Below, piece by piece: positions 52,240 to 64,000 of a stretch of 64,000 nucleotides of DNA. This stretch comes from Tubiluchus corallicola (lineage: Eukaryota > Animalia > Priapulida). The DNA lies in contig JAQGDQ010000164.1 of assembly GCA_030141605.1 (NCBI GenBank), forward strand, positions 186,001-250,000, read 5' to 3'. A program made the position numbers and the translations under genes. Under the pieces are notes generated by a model that ran no database searches, was not told where the DNA came from, and saw nothing but the letters and a program-made list of their open reading frames with translations. Each line of letters opens with the position of its first letter. The first letter of the stretch is position 1.

Positions 52240-53730
52240 TTTTCCATATCAATAATAATTTTTGATAATTATTATGTCTATTTTGTCATTGTTAATTTTG
52301 CAGTTCTAAGTCTTACTAAACACAATATCTAGTTATAAATAAACATTGCTAGTCATCGAATTAATAAGAGTTGGCATTAATTAGACTAAATTGCAGGAAA
52401 TTGCTGCATTATAAAAATACAATATAATTAAAAAATATGTATTTACTTACATTGTATGTTTCCATAGCAGGTAAGATCCTGGCACGTGTCCTACTAAATC
52501 AACTGTTGCTGCACCTGGAAAAAGACCTTCTCCCAGAGAGCCATTGTGGCTTTAGAGCAGGCAGAGGAATGGTAGATATGATCTTTGCTGCAAGACAACT
52601 TCAAGAGAAGTGCCAAGAACAGAATGTCTGCCTCCTCACAATATTCATGGACCTCACCAAGGCTTTTGATACTGTCAGTAGGAATGGCCTCTGGAAGATC
52701 ATGGAAAAATATGGATGGCCAAAAAGTTTATTGATATTGTGTGGCAGTTTCATGAAGGCATGATGGTCAGAGTCCTAGATGATGGAGATATGTCTGACGC
52801 CTTTGAATTAACACACGAGGTAAAACAGGGCTGTGTACTCGCTCCAACACTCTTCAGCATGATGTTCTCTGCCATGTTACATGATGCGTTTGAAAACACC
52901 CAGGATGGCATTAACGTAAAATACAAAACAGATGGCAGCCTCTTCAACTCCAGGCGCTTGCTAGCTACCACCAAGACCCATGTAACCACATTCAAAGACT
53001 TTCTCTTTGCTGATGACTGCACTCTCAGTGCCACCTCCCAAGAACAAATGCAAAAAGAGATGGACCACTATGCAAAGTGTTGCTTGTGCAATAAACTGTT
53101 CAGAAAATATTAATAATAACTACTGCAAGACCAGTATAAGGTATAGACTAGATGACGTTTTTGAGTGTGTCAAAAGTGATAACTTACATTCAGCCATGCA
53201 CAAAAACTCGACTTCACTTAATCGCATAAACTGTGGTCCTGGCTCAAAAACAGGAGGACACAGCACTGGACAGGACACAGAACATTCATATAAACGTAGT
53301 TTCTCTTGCCTAGTAAGTGTTCACTATGAGCTGCATGGATAACTCTGCGCATATGCAATTATTAAAGATGCACGAAAATAAATATAAATAATAAAAACCG
53401 AGGACAAATCAAGAAGATACTGCCACATAGCAGAATATTAAAAACATCTCAACAAGTATGACTAGACATGCAAACTTACCGGATCAATGATGTTCATGTT
53501 CAGTTCGTGACATCATATATCCCTTTCCACTGCTCATCTACTGACATGATCATTCCAGAATTCCTTATCCCTTACCAAGTACCAACATTCTTGCAGTTCA
53601 TTTATTCTTCAGTTTACTGAAATAAAATAGACGAGTAAGTTCAATATAATTTTGCTTTGGCCGTGACCTGATCAGCAAACTTAACCACACTTTAGTTTAA
53701 GTACTTACCTGTTGTTTACCTGAAAATTTT
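52240..53730 (+). repeat. Second, internally deleted copy of the 49013-52240 segment
   Basis: 52240-53067 matches 49013-49780; 53068-53730 matches 51577-52240. Confidence 0.9.
52465..53067 (+). mobile_element. RTE LINE fragment, duplicate of the 49225 insertion, retaining LFADD
   Basis: Same 5' junction (tgtttccat|agcaggtaag); frameshift near 52715. Confidence 0.92.
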
Positions 53731-54139
53731 CCTAGGATCGCTATGATAAAACCTATTCCAACTTGCAGATTCGGCTTGGCCGAGTACCCAAGATTCTAGA
53801 GTATTTCTAGAGTACCCAAGATTCCCTATTTCTGGAGTACACAAGATTCTCTATTTCTACCGATTTAGACCTTACTACGCCACTAAAGACGCATATTACA
53901 AAGTAGTTTCTTATATTCATAAGTTTTAGTACATTTAGGCGAATTTCGGAAAACTGCTTGAACTGTGTAAACTGACGATTATAGTGGCGATGGCGACTGA
54001 ACTGTAAAAAATTTCATCCTGTAACTTTTTTCTGCTTGAACATATTGAATTTCTGAAGCAATTTCATTACAACTCTATATACTGTTTACTTAAAGTTGTG
54101 TTAATTTGCAGATCTGTTTTTTAGATACTGTATTTACAA

Positions 54140-55800
54140 AATAACTAATTTTCCAGCATGCCAGCTTCTCTTTAATTCGTTGAAACCAAACCAAATCACC
54201 CTGTTTTTAAATAGGCATTGTTATCATTGTATTGTGGTAAAGAGGTCAGCTAATTAAGTAATGACCCACTGTTTCATAAGCAGAACCACATTGACAATTA
54301 GGTGATACCAGCGACCCTGTCGTAATTTTTACATTTTCTGAGGTACAAATCATAATTAATTTGACAAAAACAAACTCTCATTCTAGTATGGTGTACAGAG
54401 AAATTTCAAATACCACTTGAAAAGTAAGTAGGCCGCTTATTAAAACACGAGATTTAAAGATATTTAAAGAGTTAGAGTTACGGATATTAAGAGCTAAATT
54501 ATTCCAGCACCGAGGCAAGAAAAAAGAATTATCAAAAGCAGTTGAGTGACAGGTGTAATTAGAAAAGTTTTCGTTATTACGGACTGGATACAATGTAATA
54601 TTCCCTACACGACGAGGTAAAATATTAAAGAGGTAATGGGGAGCTAAGTGATTCACAATTTTATAAAAGAAAGTTAGAAACACAAGAAAGTAGAGAAATT
54701 GTGCTATAATTAACTAACTATACGCTCAGACAGGTCAACGGTTGACAAAACACTATCAGTGATCAAAGAGAAAGGAGGACGTATGGTATTACCGCAATTT
54801 ACACTACAGTTATCAGGAAAAAATTGTTAAATATATTACATTTGAGCTTGGTATTAGCTATAATACAGTTGTTAACTTTAAGTGGTGGAATAACAAAGTC
54901 ATGTTTGCTTTTGTAAAATGAGTTGACACTGTTCCACCAGGCCTTGTGGTAGGTTTGTGAATCGAGTAATTTAGTATTTAGTTTCTTCATATAATCAGTT
55001 TTAGTTTTTTTTTTGAAGAATTATTATAAATATTCCTACATCACTTGTATTTCTCCTAAGATTTAGCAGTTTGATACAGTTTGCAGTATTTATGAGATTT
55101 TCTTTAGCTTTTCTCAATTTTCTGACGTAGCTGTTAATCCACAACTTGTCCCAAGTTGGTTACGGTTCTTAGTGGCACATAGTCATCAATCAAATTTGAC
55201 AAATTAGTAATAAAATTAGCACAAACAGAATCAACAGTTTCATTTGCAAAAGTAAATTCCAATCAGTAGCATGAATAGCTTGACTTAGACCACACCAGTC
55301 TACTCTATTATAATAAAAAAATTCTCTTTGGTAGGAAGCTGCAGTTGAAAGATTTATAAGCTTTTACCATAAATAGAGTTACGATCAGGTGTATATATAG
55401 GTGACATGCCACCACTCTCTGTTATTAAACCGGTAGCATCAGTTAAAATAAGGTCAGTCAAAGAGCTAGACACATCTGAAATACAGGTAGGATGTGTTTC
55501 TAACTGTGAAAGTTGATCCTGAACAGTAAATGTTTATAATTTTAGCGAACATTGCTAATTAGCATGTCGTGAGACAATTGTAACTGATTTATAAACTCAT
55601 CCACTATAGGAGCATCTTGAGTAGGAGACCGGTAGCTTAATTTCAAAAGATTAATTTCAAACCACATGAATTGAAAGTTAGTGTTAAAAACTAAATCCGT
55701 TCTTGTTGTGAAAGATATATCAAGGCGTAAAAAGCTATCCCCCCTCCCAAGCCATTACGATATTCACGGAAAAAGACTTAAAATTCCTTGCCATTCCTTG
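54140..55800 (-). mobile_element. Decayed CR1-like LINE: endonuclease remnant and 3' end, RT core missing
   Basis: EYRNGLGGG, SLTDLILTD, KAWWNSVN...IPPL, FYKIVNHLAPHYL...NSFF...WNNL, CQCG..ETVGHYL. Confidence 0.8.
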
Positions 55801-56149
55801 ATCATAGAGGATCTATTTGGGGGGGGGGTACTACACTAAGTAACTTTTGTCGGTACCTAAACGATGTTATTAGAACCTCTTCGGGACATTTCTTACATCT
55901 CATCAGTTTGCTCTCATGTTTTTCCTGGACATGCTTAAATGCTACACGATTCGCAATACAATTCTTTTGCGTTTCTTACGCAATTAACTATATAGAATTC
56001 TTTACCAGAAATTCATGTTCTTCTTAACTGCTCTGCCACTTGCTTCAAAAAGGACGTAAACAGGCATGACTAGCGTCACTAGCAGGCATTAATAGGACGT
56101 TAATGAACACATTAGTTATAAGAATAATATATTTCAGGACGTGTACGGA

Positions 56150-56345
56150 ACAGTAAGAGAATTTGAAGAAATTTCCAGGAGACTTACCCAGTGGTCTCTT
56201 TCAAATATTTCAGAACTTCAACAACACAACCTTCCTGTTAGAGTTCTTCAACTGTCTATTGAATGTGTGGCATAACCAAGAAAAGTTGCTATGACGTCCA
56301 AGCCTGTAGAGAATAAACGTTTATGACATCATTGAAAACGTCAGA
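56150..56345. repeat. About 190-bp segment duplicated at 60912-61095, with a minus-strand GTAAGT donor
   Basis: gagaatttgaagaaatttcca...cttacc...aaccttcctgt...aaccaagaaa...gctatgac found in both copies. Confidence 0.75.
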
Positions 56346-56559
56346 TAGCATCAGCCAGCCTATTTTAGATGTCTCACAGCTAAGGACCTTATCTATACAA
56401 GCCAAGCTAAAGTAAAGCAAACAGATGTTGTAAACATGAAAATTTGTACAAATATTATTAGAATAATCGTATTTAGGACTTATTTTATACTTATCATACA
56501 GTGACCATAATTACTTTGATATTATCGCGATTAGCTCTTACTGATCATGCATAACTCTC

Positions 56560-57400
56560 TCTCTAAGGACACAATTATAGCATTGAAAGATTTAGAATAT
56601 CACAATTACACGATACTTTATCCTGAATTAATACTAACTGAAATAAGACGAGAACACTGTTACAGCTTTCTACCAAACATCCCTATAAAGTGCGTTGATG
56701 ATGTGGCATGGATCATAAGAAACAAAGACGAATTAAATGCAATAAAAAACTCAATAGAATTAAATCTGAAAAATGGATCTTATACTAAACAAAAGTAAAA
56801 CTAACTCACATAATTCGTCATGGTGATGAATCATGGAAACATACAAATGTCTTGGTAGTCTGCTGGTAACAGAGAAATGCATCAAGACTGAAGATAGTGG
56901 CATTATCAGTACACTCAAAACCCACAAAAAGTTTCTGAGAACAGGGAAACATCTTTGAAAACAAAACCTTAGTTGAAACTGCACTACTGTATAACTCTGA
57001 GCTCTGAACATTTAAAGCAATTTATAAAGCTGAAATTGACGGATTTCAACGGTGAAATTACAGAAACATTTTGTATATCAGATGGGCAAAGAACATTTCA
57101 AATCATGACATTATATTAATAAATAAGAGAAAAACGTTGGAAAATAAAAATAAAACGGTGCTGTTTAAGATGGATTGGGCACATGCTTAGACTAACTGAA
57201 GATAGACTAGTGAAGACAGCTCTTCAGCAAGCAATAGAACCAGCCAGAAAACCTGCAGGAAGGCAAACGTTAACAAATTTAGATTTTGCACAGCAACATT
57301 AAAACACTTCAGCACAGATCAGTGAGTCCTGGAGTGAAGTGGTGAACAGAATCATGTCCCTGGATATTGAACGCATGATTCAATGGACGACGACAATTAT
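56560..57400 (+). mobile_element. Decayed RTE-like LINE, 3' half
   Basis: CVDDVAWI, YKCLGS, RNILYIRW, LRWIGHMLRL...VKTAL. Confidence 0.75.
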
Positions 57401-60400
57401 CATTATTATGATTATCATATCACAAAATAAACTAAAAATTATGAAAATGAACTAAGTTTGTGATGCCCACATTGCACCAGCCTTTTCATGTACGTTTTGC
57501 ATGTTTAATTACATCGCTAATATTGGGTTTCCTACCTGTGCGTTAAGTTCGGTTGGTTTTACTTCAGCGGCATTGATGATATAATTCAAAAGATTTCGGA
57601 TTAAGAATAAAATTATAACAAATGTATCGACCAGTTTTTTAATCAAACTAAAATTGACAAACAAAAACAGCCAGTCTAAACACCGAAACCGACGAGTATT
57701 TAGACGACATATTATCAAGTTTATAATAACTATTCAGCGAGGAGTGTCAGTCAAGTTATGGCGTCTATATTGGGCTAGCTTGTGTAATTAAAAAAGGAGA
57801 AATTGGACAGAAAAAAATTAAATGGAAAAAATACAGCGAAGAATTGAGAAAGCACAGTTACAGCCTAATTTCAAAGATCTAAACGCTTGACTATTTACTA
57901 CAAGAAGTTCAGTTTATCTAACCAAAGCCTGTATATTGTATAACAAAGTGATTCGCAAATTATTTCGTTCATTGATAGAAAGCAGTGCAGCAAAATCAGA
58001 ATTTTCTTTTTTTATTCTGAGCAAAATCAAAATCTATTTTCTATTACCACTGTTTCTGCCCAGCAAGTTCCAATAACATGGACATGTAAAAGTGTTGATC
58101 GTTGTACATGTACCACTTGCTGGATTAATAAATAAAAAAAATTTCACCCCCCCCCCCCGCTACGAAATGAACAATCGATATTAGGTAATGGGAGCGCGGC
58201 TGTTGAGTCTGAGTTTGTTGGTTTTTGTTTGATGAACTTAGGACGGTGTGATACCATCAAACTTTGTTTGTCAAACAAAAAGTTTGTTACTTTCGCTGTT
58301 TACACGATCAAAATGGTTTGTTAAACTAAAACTAACGAACTGGTTTGACGAAAAAACTGATCGTCTAAACGGATATAGAAGTTCACAATCAATGCTAAGA
58401 GTGTACACTGACCTTTTCTTACACAATTACTAATTAGTTTGATCTCAGTACTTTGTAATTTAAAAGACAATTTTAAAATACGCCTCAAAAAACTTTCCAT
58501 ACAAAGCTATATTACTTAGCATTATACTTCCTGTTTGAAAGACGTATTTAAATAGAAAAGAAAACTCTTGGTAATAATACGCAATGTTATTTAGACTTGC
58601 TTAAATTACTTGTTCAACGATTGACCCTTGTTCAACGGCTGCCCGGTCAGCGCAGGAATTTTAATCTACACATTTTATATAGCGCTACTGATAGTGCAAG
58701 CAATCAAAGCCACCATGTTATGTACGTGATACATATTTTCAAGACCAATTTTTTTTCAACTTTACGTAAGAAATGTGTATTCTTGCCCTTACGTGGTAAT
58801 GTCTCTTTATGCAGCATGCACCCTTTTTCGTGGCAATTTCTCTTTCTTGTAGCATTGCTCAAATTTTCTCAGTCTCTTGCTCGGCAATGCAGTTTGCTTG
58901 TTTTAAGGGTAGGCACATATACTGCAGTGTTACGAGCACCCACCAATTAAACATCCCTATATGCGACAAAAATGCAAAAATGTGAAATGCACTTTCCCAT
59001 ACCACAAGTGTAACCGAGTCGACCCACTCGTTAAGTGTTATCCCAGCATCACAGTATGTCCACTTTAAGTAGTACATCCTGGTATGCTGCTCTATGATGT
59101 TGTTGGGTAAGAGTGCTGACACGGGATGCACATTACCTTATACTTTGATCTTGGCTTGCATTATTAACAAATGTAAACTGGTGACAATGTTTCTGACCCT
59201 GCGGTCGGAAATTGAAGTCAATAGATACAAAATGGTGACTGAAAGCCTTTTACAAAATGGTTACTGATGCCAGCCTTTTCTTTGAAAGTAAAACTTTGTT
59301 TTATAGAATTCGCTTTGCTTGAATTCATAGGAACAGCACTTGAAAATGAAATCGCAACTTGTAACTTTTCAACCCGTGTCCTAAGGTCAGAGGTCAAACT
59401 ATCTCGGCATAACTTATACCATTCAATTTATGTCAAGGAGACGTTTCGCTTAATGTACTACTAGCTAGATCGGCTGATACTGGAGGCCTTTGTCTCCTCA
59501 ACCCATATTTTGTCCCCCAGAGGGTTCACAGGTTAGCCATTTCATTGTAACATATACCATTCGATTCGTCTCATCAAGACCTTTCATTTGAAATACTACA
59601 TGGTACTACTCGACACTTGGTGCATTTCTCTTCCCGACCCACATTTTTCAGATTTTGTCCCCTAGCGGAAATATTTTCTGTACGCGCACGTCTTGTTTTG
59701 CCGCAGCAAAATTTTAACTGAAACAAAAATGTAAGGCAAAGCGCGAGGGATCAGGAAAGAATGGGAAAGAGGATCAATTCTTCTGTAAGAATTTTAACTG
59801 CAGTTATACAGCACCACAGTATGCCAAAACCAGGTAAAACCAGGTGTACAGCCTATGAAGAAATATAGCCAAGTATGTGGAAGGACCGGAAAAACTATAT
59901 TTCATTATTCATTAATAAACAGTATAAAAATATTTTATGTACCTGTAAATTTTGGCTTCTGTGCGTATCTTTGCTGCTCCTCTTGGACCTCTTATAGGCT
60001 GCCTGTGGCTGAGTTTTCCTGCGATTCCTGCCTTTCCTGGATCTGGGATCCTGGATCCTAAGCAAGAAATGAAGAATAGGTAAGAGACCAACAAAGCTTG
60101 AGGGCTTTTGTCTTTTACTTTTTTGGATGTTTGAGTTTAACAGCAGAACCATCCTCGATAATTTAGCTAATTATGTTTCTCATGCAACTAAGAAGCTGTT
60201 GCTACGAGCTACAAGTGTTTATGATGTCACAGAAAATGACCCCATATGCGAAATCGGTAATCACGTATTTTAATCTAGACATTAAAATTATCTCATACAA
60301 ATCGATTCGGGTCATACAAATTGAAACGGGTCCAAAAACGGTGAAACAACAGATTTCGGAAAATGTAAGATCGAAAGTTCTGGTGTTTTGCTTAATACTT

Positions 60401-62099
60401 GCGTTAAAGCTACAGGTCTATAGTCATTAACTGTAGTAACTGGGTTTCTCTTTGGCACAGGAATAATGATAGACTGCTTAAACTGTTTAGGGAATTTACA
60501 AATACTTAAAGACCAGGTCCTGTTGTCTTAGCTCTTCGGGCTGAAAATTGGATTGCTATTCCCCAACACGGCTGTATGAAACTGTAATTTTTGGTAATGT
60601 GCTGCTTCCGGCTTTTTCTGTACTGTAATCCGCAAGAAATGAAAATATGTAAGACTGCAAATTAGAAAAGGCTCAGAGCTTTCTCTCTTATGTTTCGGGG
60701 GTTTGAGTAGAACAGTCGAACCATCAACAACACGCAGTTTGCTAATCAAAGCCAGCCTTGCACGGCAACTAAGAAGCTGTTGCTACATCCTTATCTACTG
60801 CAAGAAAGACGTGAACAGATATAACTAACATCATTAATAAGTAAAAATATGACATCAACAGGCAAATTACACGTGCGAAAATCAACCGTTTATGGATATG
60901 TATGGCACAGGAAGAGAATTTGAAGAAATTTCCACAACACTTACCTAGTCATTCCTTTTAACTTCAGAACTTCAGCCAAAGCAACCTTCCTGTGTGGACT
61001 CCTTCATCGTCTGCTGAATGTGTGTAGTGTAACCAAGAAACTACTGCTATGACTTCAAACGATGAGTAAACGTTTCTGACGTCATTGAAACGTCACATCT
61101 CAAGCCTGGAAGAAATGTAAGTACCTAGGCAGCTCTGCCAGATACAGAAGAAGGAAAAAACCTGACACTAGCAACTCTCCCAAGGCTTAGATCTTCAATA
61201 ACAAGAATATTAGCACAGGATCAATCTAAGACATTTTCATAATTGTCAATGATCATTAAATTAGTCGTTAATAACGAACCAGTTCTTATATATCAGTAAC
61301 AAAATACGGTTTAAGTGAGGCAACTATCACTTAGGCAGAGGAGAGAAGGTGAGATGACCAGAAGTATGAATATATTTTTGTATCATATTATAATTACTTG
61401 CAGGTTTCACCATAATTCACAAATAGTTTGATATTCACTTACTGTAATTTGCCTACCACAACTCAACAGTCCCCAAAAACCCTATAATTTGTTTGTCAAA
61501 AAATGTGTAAGATGATAATTGCAATCATTATCATATTGCCTGCAAGATGCAAATGCAACAGCTCTCTTTAAATTATCATTAATCTGCAGTTTTTAAATGA
61601 CCAAATCATAAAGCTACCTGCCTGTATGTAACAGCCGCCTGTCGACACACTGATGAAAAAAATCACAAAATATTCAAACATAAAATTACAAAACAGAGAC
61701 AACGTCACTCGTCGTTGTTTCAATCCGTTGAGGATGTCGTGAAGACAACAATATTACTTCAAAAATTTCTTAAAGACAAAATTTCTTAAACAAAATCTTA
61801 AAGACAATTATTGCGCCCATGTACCCATGGCATGCTAGCTTTTTTGCGGCACACATTTGAATGTTCTCTTCTAAAAACTCCATGATGATGAAAGTGAACC
61901 AGAACATTCCTGTTCAAGTCGCATTGCATTTCACTTCACACTAATGTTCATCCTGCAGTTCATTACGTTACATTTCATTACATTACGCTACGTTCGTTAC
62001 GCTGTGTTACGCTACATTATATTATAACTAAACGTGAACTTGTGTCACAATTCTAATTGTACTGCAGTTCAGTTATTCGCTCCACTGTCAGTAAACTGG

Positions 62100-62303
62100 A
62101 CATAGCCAAAAACTACTATAGACCTAGACTTACCATTCCAGTACCATTTCGTTTACGGTACTGTTCATGTTGCAGCTCATAAACTACTATAGCCATAGAC
62201 TTACCATCCAGTACCATTTCGTTTACGGTACTGTTCATGTTGCATAGACTTACCATTCCAGTACTATTTCGTTTACGGTACTGTTCATGTTGCAGCTCAT
62301 AAA
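62100..62303. repeat. Three tandem copies (50-70 bp) of an exon end plus GTAAGT donor
   Basis: gacttaccat(t)ccagtacYatttcgtttacggtactgttcatgttgca at 62127, 62198, 62247. Confidence 0.9.
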
Positions 62304-62353
62304 CTTATCATCTTGTAAAATATTCAGTTTATGATTTTTTTCATGAACTCCGG
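62254..62353 (-). CDS. Putative internal exon of an unidentified gene (GVHEKNHKLNILQDDKFMSCNMNSTVNEIVLE)
   Basis: tttttcactggtacag acceptor, TG|gtaagt donor, one open frame. Confidence 0.45.
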
Positions 62354-62514
62354 CTGTACCAGTGAAAAATTACCTAATTTTTGAACGGACCTGTAGAACT
62401 GGCTACATTGAAGGAACATAAGCAGCTATGCCAACAGAATGATATCACGTGTTGAAGGATCAGTGTGGCGTATCAAAGAAATGATATCAGACGTCAATTA
62501 AAAAACAACGTAAA

Positions 62515-62559
62515 TAATGACGATGATGATGATGGTGATGACGATGATGATGATCATGT

Positions 62560-62590
<31 letters not shown>

Positions 62591-62628
62591 ATAATGATGA
62601 TGATGACGATGATGATGATGATAATAAT
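62515..62628. repeat. (GAT)n microsatellite
   Basis: Direct observation. Confidence 0.95.
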
Positions 62629-63059
62629 CTTCATTTAAAGTCGGCTTTTTGGATAAACAATAAACACAAGCTCCAATAAGCTCCGATTGTAAATAGCAGT
62701 CTACAACTACATAACAGAGACTATTATTACCCCACTTTTACCCTAAATGCCATATGCCAGGCAAAGCAACAGCAGGTACCATTTTTAAAGTTTTTGGTGC
62801 GACCCGATGTCATAGAGCAGTTGTTCTACACAAAAATTAAATACTACAAGTAAATAAGCTATCACGAATCGATTGAGTTATTTTAACTCACAAGGAACGT
62901 AAGGAACCAAGGCAATTTTCGTTTGTGCGCAAAACTATCGTATTTCTTCTCTTTTTTTTTGGTTGAACTATTTTGGAGGTAAGCGTAATGATAGGGAACT
63001 ACTTGTGAAGAGCAGCACTGTGGAATACCTTATCCAAAGAAATAAAGACTAGATGGTAA

Positions 63060-63210
63060 CTGTCTGTAAAAGGTCCTCTCTCAAATGCCTTTTGAAACTG
63101 TTAACTAATGAAGCACTGATGGTTGATGATGTAAGATGATTCCAATGTTGAACTACGCGATGCCTAAAGAAATGTGATCTGATATTGGTTCTAGCTGGTT
63201 GCACAAATAA
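63060..63210 (-). mobile_element. CR1 LINE 3' end fragment
   Basis: RTNIRSHFFRHRVVQHWNHL...SLVNSFKRHL. Confidence 0.8.
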
Positions 63211-63699
63211 CGAAGCTTTAAACAATTATTTAATTAATTTTTTTAGTTAACTAAATTCTTTTAGTTAATTTGACTTCTGCTTCAACACAGTTGGTTTGAC
63301 TGTTTGTTTGGTTGTTTGTTTTTGTCTGTTACAGCAGTAAGCCATTTACTCAAAAACTATCTAGCAGATTTCCAGAAACTTTGTGAGGAAAGGCGGGTAT
63401 AGAGCACAAAAATTGGAATCGTTTCGCCAGTTCTCCTTTCGCAAAACTTGACCGAACACCGCATATAAAAAAAACACTCGAAAATCACTTCACGAGTAAC
63501 CTTTACTCATTAGTGTATAGCCTTATAGACTTGATACGCATATTATTGTCAGTCTATTAATTACTACCGCCAAAATTAATGATGAAAAGGGCAGATAAAC
63601 ACTATGTGGAACATTCGTCCATTACTCGATAGAAATCCAATCTGCTTCTTACTGAGCGCATTCTAGTTTTCTTATAAAATCAATTCCATCAAAATAACA

Positions 63700-63820
63700 C
63701 GTGCCTTTTTTACCTACTTTTCCATTTGTGCCGTTTTTTCTATACCATTTTTACCTGCGCCATTTTTCTGTGCCATTTTACCGTGTCATTTTTCCCTGTA
63801 CCATTTTTACCGCGCACCCT
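63700..63820. mobile_element. Subterminal repeat array (YCATTTTTnC) of a DNA transposon end
   Basis: About 8 degenerate copies ending in GCGCACCC. Confidence 0.45.
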
Positions 63821-64000
63821 ATAGTCTACATACGCCCATTTTAGAGCTGCTATGCGATTTAGATAGGAAGAAAGACCAATACTTGATAAATATGACGAAG
63901 TATAGGTGTAAGGATTCTCACTGAAATTCACGCTTGGCTCTTCCTCCATCCATATGGAATGTCACTGCGTTTTTGAACATTCATATGTAGTTTTCACGGA

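Overview
AT-rich invertebrate (metazoan) genomic DNA with spliceosomal introns and one 100-N scaffold gap (41594-41693). Most entries in the ORF track are artefacts of repeats or of exons running into introns. (1) 1-24 kb, minus strand: a multi-exon RBM5/RBM10-family splicing-regulator gene (RD/RS-rich N-terminus, RRM1, RanBP2 zinc finger, RRM2, A/Q-rich linker) that runs off the left edge. Several of its minisatellites are tandem copies of 5' splice sites. (2) A 4-exon adenosine-receptor-like GPCR gene (18270-22966, +), probably nested antisense in an RBM5/10 intron. (3) 29-42 kb: a BEL/Pao LTR-gag remnant next to an array of 12 or more ~790-bp units that carry hairpin-forming modules. (4) 44.8-48.7 kb, minus strand: a decayed BEL/Pao retrotransposon whose gag reads SAP domain, coiled coil, intronless glycogenin (GT8) catalytic domain, DUF1759-like capsid region, zinc knuckles. 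This apparent Gag-glycogenin fusion is the top candidate for an undescribed system. (5) 49-64 kb: a duplicated RTE LINE insertion, CR1/L2 and RTE remnants, SINE/MITE debris and scattered small minus-strand exons. All protein-family calls come from manual translation and recalled motifs; no database search was run.
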